A stretch of 64,000 nt of DNA. Origin: Eledone cirrhosa. Lineage: Eukaryota. The stretch's first letter is position 1. Every line of letters starts with the position of its first letter. The translations under genes and the position numbers were made by a program. Location of the stretch: contig OZ024740.1 in the NCBI GenBank assembly GCA_964016885.1, forward strand, positions 151,652,001 through 151,716,000, given 5' to 3'. The notes beneath the pieces were generated by a model. It ran no database searches. It saw only the letters and a program-made list of their open reading frames with translations, and had not been told where the DNA came from. Below, piece by piece: positions 55,970-64,000 of the stretch.

Positions 55970-56700
55970 ATAGATTATTAAATTTAATACTACAAGGAAG
56001 ACATAACACGATAAAACTCAAGGACAGGTGTTTCGTTGAAAAACTGCAAGTTGAATAATTTGAATTACATCAACGAAATGTGCGTCCTTGCGTTTTTCAG
56101 TGTTTTGTCTACATTGCAGTTTTGAATTTAATAATATATTAAAACTCGTACCATTGACTGAGTGCTCTACGCCTTGGATATGTTACCAAATTAATACTAA
56201 AATGTTGAAGGGAGTCGACGCTAGGACGCAACTCTGCTTTACCTCGTTTCGTATTGGGAATAATGGATTTCTTAGACAGAATCTGTATAGAAGCCCGTCG
56301 ACCAGGTTTTACCTGTGCTTCAAAGGGCCAGCTTTGTTGAATCTTCCTGAGAATTAACACGTATCTCGGTACGGTTAGTTTCAAGAGCAGGCTCTTCCCT
56401 TGATCAAGTGGTTGGAATACTCATCGTCGAAATCGACCGAAATCCAACCCATTCCATTTGAAATTGCTTTAAGAGTTCTGTGCTGTGTGTAAGCAAACTG
56501 TACCGAAGTATCTGGATGACGAATTTGAGTAATTTGGGAGTCACTCTAGTCATTGCGTGATTTTCCACATCTTTCTTGCACGCAGCGTTGAACCTTTTGG
56601 TAACTTCACATACAGTCTCTTGTTCCGTTTCCTTCATTTCCTTTATTAAAAGAGTCCTCCGTCACATTCGACGTTAAATGTTCCAGTTGTTTGATCAACA
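55970..56700. mobile_element. Old fold-back element (55970-56140) with adjacent possible PLE sequence
   Basis: Diverged IR; the right arm has GAAATGTGCGTC (HHR 3' half-like). The neighbouring minus frame RVTPKLLKF weakly resembles PLE N-termini. Confidence 0.4.
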
Positions 56701-57198
56701 GAAGAGCCTGCTCTTGACATTTACGTTTACGTGTCTGAGTATTCCACTGGACAATTAAGACAACAATCGTGATAACTATTGTGTTCTTATTGTTATCTAG
56801 AGGCTTATTCCAACATCCAGCAACCTTTTGACTTATATCCTAGGATAATACAAAATATTAGAGTGGGTATATATACTGGATTCAGTAGACTCATGTTTCT
56901 AACTGATGCATATTGTATCCAAACCGGAATTATGAATGGGAAAGTCTAGCCCAACAGAGAACACTGAAACATAACAGCAACTAAAACAGAAGCAATAGCA
57001 AAAACAACAGTAATGATAAAAGCAAGTAAAAAAGCAATATCTTAGTGTAAGTATAGCAGAGATTACCATATGACCTATCTATATTATTATGTACCCTTCA
57101 TTATAGCCATTATACACAAATAATACAAGCACTGTCTGCCAGTATAAACAATGCGAAAGAAATCGCATTATTTTTTACCAGAAATAAATCCTATTTGT

Positions 57199-57295
<97 letters not shown>

Positions 57296-57352
57296 CGTGT
57301 ATACATATATATATTATATATGTGTGTATGTATGTATATATATATACATATA

Positions 57353-57393
<41 letters not shown>

Positions 57394-57397
57394 ACAT

Positions 57398-57442
<45 letters not shown>

Positions 57443-57451
57443 GTGTGTGTG

Positions 57452-57497
<46 letters not shown>

Positions 57498-57506
57498 GTG
57501 TGTGTG

Positions 57507-57582
<76 letters not shown>

Positions 57583-59002
57583 CACTGGTGCCGATTTTGT
57601 TAGTTTCACACACGCACGCACACACTCTCACACACACACAGATAGTAAGAAAATAGATGGGAAGAGAACAAAACAGTGTTTTAGTTAAAGATATGTACTT
57701 ATATATGGGTTATTGTGTTATTTTCTAAAACAAAAAAATATCTATTCACACACAGGCATACACAAATACACGAACATATAGGTGAGTACATCAGCCCATA
57801 CTTATACATACATAAGTCCATACTTATACATATATCAGTACTTATTTATATAAAGAGAGAGATAAAGGAGAGATATGTCATAATATGATCATCTGATCAT
57901 GCCAATGTTTTCTTTAGCCCTTACAATATCAACTTTCTCTTCGGTAAATATTATTCCTTAATCCGCAGTTAATTTCGGATTACTTTGTATATAAAACAGA
58001 CAGCTTTGGATTTATGGATTTATACATATATGAATAGCAAAAGAATCTATTTACAATAAATATGAACGCAGCATGGCCGAAAAGTTAAGAAGATCGCATC
58101 GTAATCATACGTTTCCCGGGTTCGATCCTACTGCCAGGCCTCTCGGACGAGTGACATTTGCCATAGACTCGTGTTGACCTATGCATTGTGAATGACATAT
58201 ATTAGAAAAAAATGGTATGGAAATCCGTCTCATAGACTGTACCAGTAATTCAAAGGGTGGTCCTTGTCACGCACTCTGTTAGACTAAATCTCGTCAAGAA
58301 TTACGTTAGCTGCATACGTGTCTATGGAATGCTAAGACACTTATAAGTTAATTTCATGTGTAGGAACATTTATCTTCAATGGTTCATTTCATTTGCAATA
58401 CGTGCGCAGACACTACGGCTCATATCACACACCTGCAGAGAAATAAGAGAGGGAGAGAGGTGGAGATAGAACGTCCAATTACCACAAAACATTATCATTT
58501 TACAAATGTATTGAGTTCTTTCTTTATTTTATATGGTCTTACGCAATACAGTATAATTATATGCATGCTTCTATACATAAATGCACACACACACACACAC
58601 ACACACACAGGCACCGTGACCTATTAAACTATTCATTATAATTATTAACTATTCCTATGATTATTATGATTATCTGCATTGTGGCAACTTTGAAACCTTA
58701 GGTAGCGTGCAGTTATTTTGAGAATATATACATATCTAATATATATTTGTGAAATGGGCGGTGGTTGAAATTCAGATGTGCACGGTTAAATAGTAGTAGA
58801 CGTGGTCGGACTGACATGAACATTTACACACCTATGGAAAAAGTGCCACCGAAGCAAATAAACTTGAAAAATGTGGTCCCTGGGCCCCAAAACTATCGTG
58901 TTCGGTGAGTTATTTCCCCTGTTCGAATACTTTTGTCTTATTTACAGTTTGATACACATTTTTAAACTCATCAACCTTCTTTCGCTGTTAACATACAGTA
59001 CC

Positions 59003-59243
59003 AATAATTTGAAAAATATTATTGAAAGTTTATTATAAAGAAGCAGTTTCAGGAAAAAGTGTAAACTATCATACAAACCTTCATAATATGCATTTTTAAA
59101 CTTGCATATCATCGACATTGCTATTTCGCTGTTAATAAACTATCACCCTTCTACATTTAACGATCATACAGTACTGTTTTATGAAATCGATTCTGCAGTA
59201 CGGTCACATAATAAACTTTCAATAATATTTTTCAAATTATTAA
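59003..59243. repeat. Element with ~33-bp inverted termini
   Basis: aataatttgaaaaatattattgaaagtttattat / ataataaactttcaataatatttttcaaattatt. Confidence 0.65.
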
Positions 59244-59255
59244 CTTAATAAAAAG

Positions 59256-59288
59256 TGGCCCGGGTGCAACCGAGCTCGGCTGCTAGTA
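59256..59288 (+). mobile_element. Possible Helitron 3' terminus
   Basis: GC-rich imperfect hairpin gcccgg-gtgcaa-ccgagc followed shortly by CTAG|T. Confidence 0.4.
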
Positions 59289-59620
59289 TACATATATAAT
59301 TAAAAAAAAATAAATAATAATACACATGTGCGTGTGTGTGTGTCTGTGTGTGTGTGTCTGTGTGTGTGTGTGTGTGTCTGTGTGTGTGTGTGTCTGTGTG
59401 TGTGTGTATGTGTGTGTGTACCAGGAACAATTTTCTGTAATGTTAGCATATAGGCAGACGATATATGGCAGTGTTGAGTTCGAGACCCAAGGTTGACGTT
59501 ATCCACTTTTTCCCGCCTTGAGCTTTTATGCACTACCATTTTTCATAGTAAAAAAAAAGAATGTGAGTTTAAGATACTATCTCTAAGTTAGATATAATTT
59601 TAAAAAATCGTAACTATATA

Positions 59621-59794
59621 CAGCTAAAATTCCGTTATATTGTGAATACCACTATGAATAATTTTTCAGTATAACGAAATTTTTTTCAATTCCGGCTACA
59701 CGCTCGATGTGTTAAATCGATCTCGTTATAAAGAATTTGTCGTTACAACGAATTTTTTATAACCCGTGAATTTTCTTATAACGGAATTTCACTG
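59621..59794. mobile_element. Tc1/pogo-type MITE
   Basis: TA|cagctaaaattccgttata ... tataacggaatttcactg|TG, with internal ttataacg repeats. Confidence 0.75.
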
Positions 59795-61069
59795 TGTATA
59801 TGTATATATATGTGTGTATAAGGGTGAAAGCAGCGATTCTTTGCTTAAACTTTAATCTGTTATTTTAATAAATATATATATATATACAGACACACATATA
59901 TATATTCCTCTAACTGCAGTTTCCCAAGCTAAAATCACAGAAAACTCTCCCCCATGATCAAACAAGTTTCTGGCAGAAGTTAACTATCTGAATTAATTGA
60001 GATAAAGAACGTTTGTGATATTAGCTTGTGAAAATGCAGTTATATAGGAAAGAACTCGCTAAGCCCTAGATATTTAGATTGCTTGACAATAAATTTGACC
60101 TCTGGGATGATACGCATATAGGGTTCCCTTTTTTTAGGTACCCTTATGTGAATTCTAAGCCTTATTTGAGATAGATCAATATTTATATTTATAAGCTTCT
60201 CTGAATTATGTTCTAAGCGATATTAGCCATTGAGATGTAATGTATATTACTGACTAGTTTTTGTTATATTGTATATATAACAAAAACACACACATATATA
60301 ATATGTGTGTGTGTGTGTGTGTTCTAGCGCCGACCCATATATAGATATTACACATCAAGTGGGATTCTATAGAGTTAAAGCAAATGATCAAGTTTTAATA
60401 ATCTTCTGACTCTGTGGCAGGAATCTCGTATTTGTTGATATATCTGAGTTTTCCGGGTATACGTGTACCCATTGCAGCAGATTTGCAAATGTTATTTTTA
60501 TATTTCACTTTACCACAGTGTACCATCAGAGATATGACCGTTTGAAGTAGTAGTAGTAGTAGCAGCAGCACCATCCCCACCACCACCAACACCAGCAGTC
60601 GTGACATTCTTCTCGGATACTCACTTTGATTACCTACTTAAATATTTTCTTCGTAACAGATCATCTATTAACCATTTTGAAACTGTCCCTGATTCTACAA
60701 TACAAAACCATTCATTTTAAAGCGTTCATATTTATTTAAAACTTTCTATCATAATTCTCTGTAAGTCCCGTCGTTAATTTATATTCAAAATAGTGTCTTA
60801 ACCAGAAAGTTAGTTTTATTACGAAATCGTTTTATGTTGTTGAGTATTTTCACCGTGCAATGAAATTTATATTCAATGTCTCATGAGGAATATGGTCGCA
60901 AACAGGTTAATAGTGGTTTTGTTGTCGTTGCTGATTTTTGAGAGGGTGGAGGCGTTTCCTGCCAAAATAGAACTAGGACATTACATGTGGGAAGGGCCAG
61001 CGAGTTCAACGAAAACTAAATTCCTAGTAATAACGTTTGTTCCTTGAGAGCCATTTAATTGAAATAAAA

Positions 61070-61690
61070 AACATTAGGTGGGCGCGGGATGGCAGAAGGA
61101 GCTTTGGTTCAATCAAGAGGTCAAAGACGCCATCCGAGTAAAGAAGGGGGTTTGCAAGCTTGGCTTGGAAATAAATCCTCCTTCTTGCACTTGCGGCACA
61201 AGCTGGCACGAAGAATCGTAACAGAGGCAGTAAAGACATCAAAAATTAAGTCATGAGAGGACTTTGGGGTTAAGCTGAAATCCGACTTCAGATCAGCAAA
61301 AAAAGTGTTGTGGCAGACAATCCGCCGATTTCATAATAAGAAGCCCGCTTCCACACCAGCTAACAGGGTTATTTCTGGGTTTCTCTTTTCTTCAGAAAGG
61401 TGCATCTTTGCGAAAATACTTTGCTGATCTTCTAAACCCAATCACAACAGCATCTTCTGATATACACGAGGTGCATCTGGGAGCGATGACTAATCTCTCG
61501 GAGGCTAAGGTTACCACAGCAATTAAATAGCTCAAATATGGCAAGGCCGCAGGGAAGAATAAAATTCGGCCTGTGATGCTGACTCGTGTGTGCTGGGTGG
61601 CCTGAAACTCTGGAACAGTACCTAAGCAATGGGAGGGATAATCCCAATTTTTAAAACGGGGAACAAGAGAGATTTTTAGAGTAACGTAAC
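61070..61690 (+). mobile_element. RTE (Rex3/Expander-like) internal fragment
   Basis: VKDAIRVKK..AWLGNK, EDFG.KL.SDFRSA..V.WQTIRR, YFADLLNP, GKAAG...IRP and SGTVPKQW..IIPIFK.G. Confidence 0.75.
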
Positions 61691-61779
61691 CCCTCAATAA
61701 TTATAGTTTTCTCCCCAAAATACCAAAACACATCTATTTGTATATGCGCTACTATTTATGTACATGTTATGTAGAGACA

Positions 61780-62760
61780 GATGGGAGAGATAGATACAGA
61801 AATAGAGATCTGGACGGTTTCGTGGTAACTGATATAGAGAGGAAGGTTGGGAAAGTGTGTTGTATATTAGATACATAGAAGGGGAGAGATTGGGGGAGAG
61901 ATTGATGTTTATTGATGTAAAGAGGGGGGTTGGAAAAAAGATACATGTAGTAAATATATAGAGGGGAAAGTTTGGTGTTAATTGAAATAGAAAGGGAGGT
62001 GGAAAGAGAGTTTCGTGTAGTAGATATAGAGAGGGGAAGATTTTGGTGGTAATTGATAGAGATAAGTATTGATAGATATAGAGAGGGAGAGAGTTTGGTA
62101 GTAATGGTTAGAGTGAGAGGGAATGAGAGAGAGTGTTGTATGGTAGATATAGTGAGGGGGATAGTTTGGTGGTAATTGATATAGTGGGGGGAGTGTGTTG
62201 TATATTAGATATAGAGAGGGGGAGAGATTGATGTTTATTGCTATAGAGAGTGGGATTGGGAGAGTATGTTGTATGGATCATGTAGAGAGGGGGCGAGTTT
62301 AGTGGTAATAAATAGAGTGAGAGGATTGATGGAGATAGGTATTGATAAATATAGAGAAGGGGAGAGTTTGGTAGTCATGGATAGAGTGAGAGAGCATGAG
62401 AGAGAGTGTAGTATGTTAGATATACATGCATGTTAGAAGGATAGTTTGGTGATAATTGATAGAGGGGGGTTGGGAGAGATAAATATTGCTAAATATATAA
62501 AGGAGGATTGGGAGAGACAATATCGCAAAATATTTAGAGGGAGAGTTTATGATGGATAGAGAGAGAACGATTACTAGTGAGTGTAGTAGAGATGGCGAGG
62601 GGGAGAGTTTTTGAGTGATTGATATGAAGAGGGGTATTGGAAGAATGTTTGGTATGTTAGATCAAGAGAGGGGGGAAATTTTGTGGTTGTAGATATAGAG
62701 AAAAGATAATGGGAGAGTGTCGTGTAGTAGACATAGAGAGGGTCCCAAATTATAGGTTGG
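61780..62760. repeat. Degenerate G/A-rich, C-poor tandem satellite
   Basis: Recurrent agatatagagaggggg, gagagtttggtggtaattgatag and gagagtgttgtat units. Confidence 0.8.
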
Positions 62761-63089
62761 GTGAGAGTAAGTGGGAGGGCTTGGGAAATCGGTAATTGTA
62801 TAGTTTACGTTCGTAAGTATGGGATTTCTTGTAATGTTCTTCTTTTGTCGTATATAATGTTTTTTTTATGTAAAATAAATTAATTAGCTCTGAGAGTACA
62901 TGAATTACTGACTGACGTAAGAATGAAAACTCAATACTGAAGTAGAGTTCAAATTATTATGGCAAAGTGATGAGACTTGTTATTCTAGAGTTGCACCTGT
63001 GTACTCACAGGGTCATCAGACAGGACTGGTGATCCAGTGAGTGTGCAGGTAAACCTTTAGAGTAACACAGCCATCAATGTATATATCAA

Positions 63090-63139
<50 letters not shown>

Positions 63140-63143
<4 letters not shown>

Positions 63144-63965
63144 GAAGTTATAGTTCACTTGAAGCATTGTGTAATGACGTATACACTTTTTTATTTGTAA
63201 AGCCAAAACAATGCAGGTATGGACGTAAAATATAAATGTAAATGAAAAAGATATTGTTGACAATTAGTCTTTTACCTTAAATTTATTTAAATGTCCTTAA
63301 TTTTCGAGATAATATCTCTTCTTCGGAGGGAAGTAAAGCGGTTGAACCAGCGTTCTAAATAGCTTGCCAAGTCATGCTGACAGGAAATGGTATAGAGTAT
63401 CTGTTCTATCTCTAATTTCAAAGAGTGAAGGTTAGGTGTATAAAGAGTAGTCACCCCTTTAAAAGGGGTTTTGTACATGTATGTTTAAGTGTGTGGGAGA
63501 ATGCGTGAAGGTGTAAGTATGTGTGTGAGTGTGAGAAGATATGTCTATACGTAAATGTGAGGGATAGATGCTCTCTCGTGTTAGAACTGGTCTTTGTGTG
63601 TGTATGTGTGTGTGAGAGAGAATAAGTGGAGGTGTAAGCTTGTGTGTGTGTGTGTGTATGTGTGTGCGTGTGTGTGGGAGGGGGTGGGGTGTAAGTATGG
63701 GGCTAGATGCGCTATCATGTTAAAAATTGGGTGTTGAGTTCTAGTCTATTATTGATTGGTGGTTGTGTTTTGTCTATAATCAGTGCTTCCTTAATTCTAA
63801 GATTGCCGAGATTTATTTTCTTAGTTTCTATCCTAACTGTTATGGTTTTGTCGGTGTTTTTGCATTTCACTAGGTGTTTCTTAAATGAGGAAGCGTTAGT
63901 ATTGAGGTGTTCTTTTATTCTTATGTGAAGTGGTCTGGTGGTGCTACCTACGTAGACACACACAT
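63140..63965 (-). mobile_element. Penelope-like element 3' end: GIY-YIG endonuclease fragment plus pseudo-LTR
   Basis: ORF 63715..63963 reads YVGSTTRPLHIRIKEH..KHL..LRIKEALII...QPPINNRLE (YIG, R..EH and catalytic E motifs). Confidence 0.85.
63294..63330 (-). ncRNA. Minimal hammerhead (U4C variant)
   Basis: cct-CcGAAGA-a-GAGAT-att-ATCTC-GAAA-ATT-A-agg, downstream of the GIY-YIG ORF. Confidence 0.6.
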
Positions 63966-64000
63966 TTCAGATCGGCCCTCCCAGCCGGCGCTAAATTCGG

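Overview
AT-rich, microsatellite-saturated eukaryotic non-coding DNA. The tRNA-SINE and LINE repertoire looks like an octopod cephalopod; that is pattern recognition, not a database result. No host protein-coding gene can be supported, and most track ORFs ([12 protein letters not shown]) are microsatellite artefacts. The window holds one near full-length but frameshifted Tx1/L1-type LINE (47450-53223, minus) with several 3' fragments of relatives, RTE and R4/Dong fragments, a mariner remnant, hAT and Tc1/pogo MITEs, two SINE families and Penelope-like (PLE) GIY-YIG remnants. The main hidden signal is about 20 hammerhead ribozyme (HHR) motifs, found by eye on both strands. They sit in at least 8 unrelated small non-coding element families embedded in (TA)n tracts, built as fold-back hairpins and/or tandem permuted monomers of about 160-670 bp (PLE pseudo-LTR or retrozyme-like). 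Many share a non-canonical U at position 11.1, often as a U10.1-U11.1 mismatch, and in several families the fold-back axis lies inside the ribozyme. Coordinates were read by hand and may be off by a few nt.
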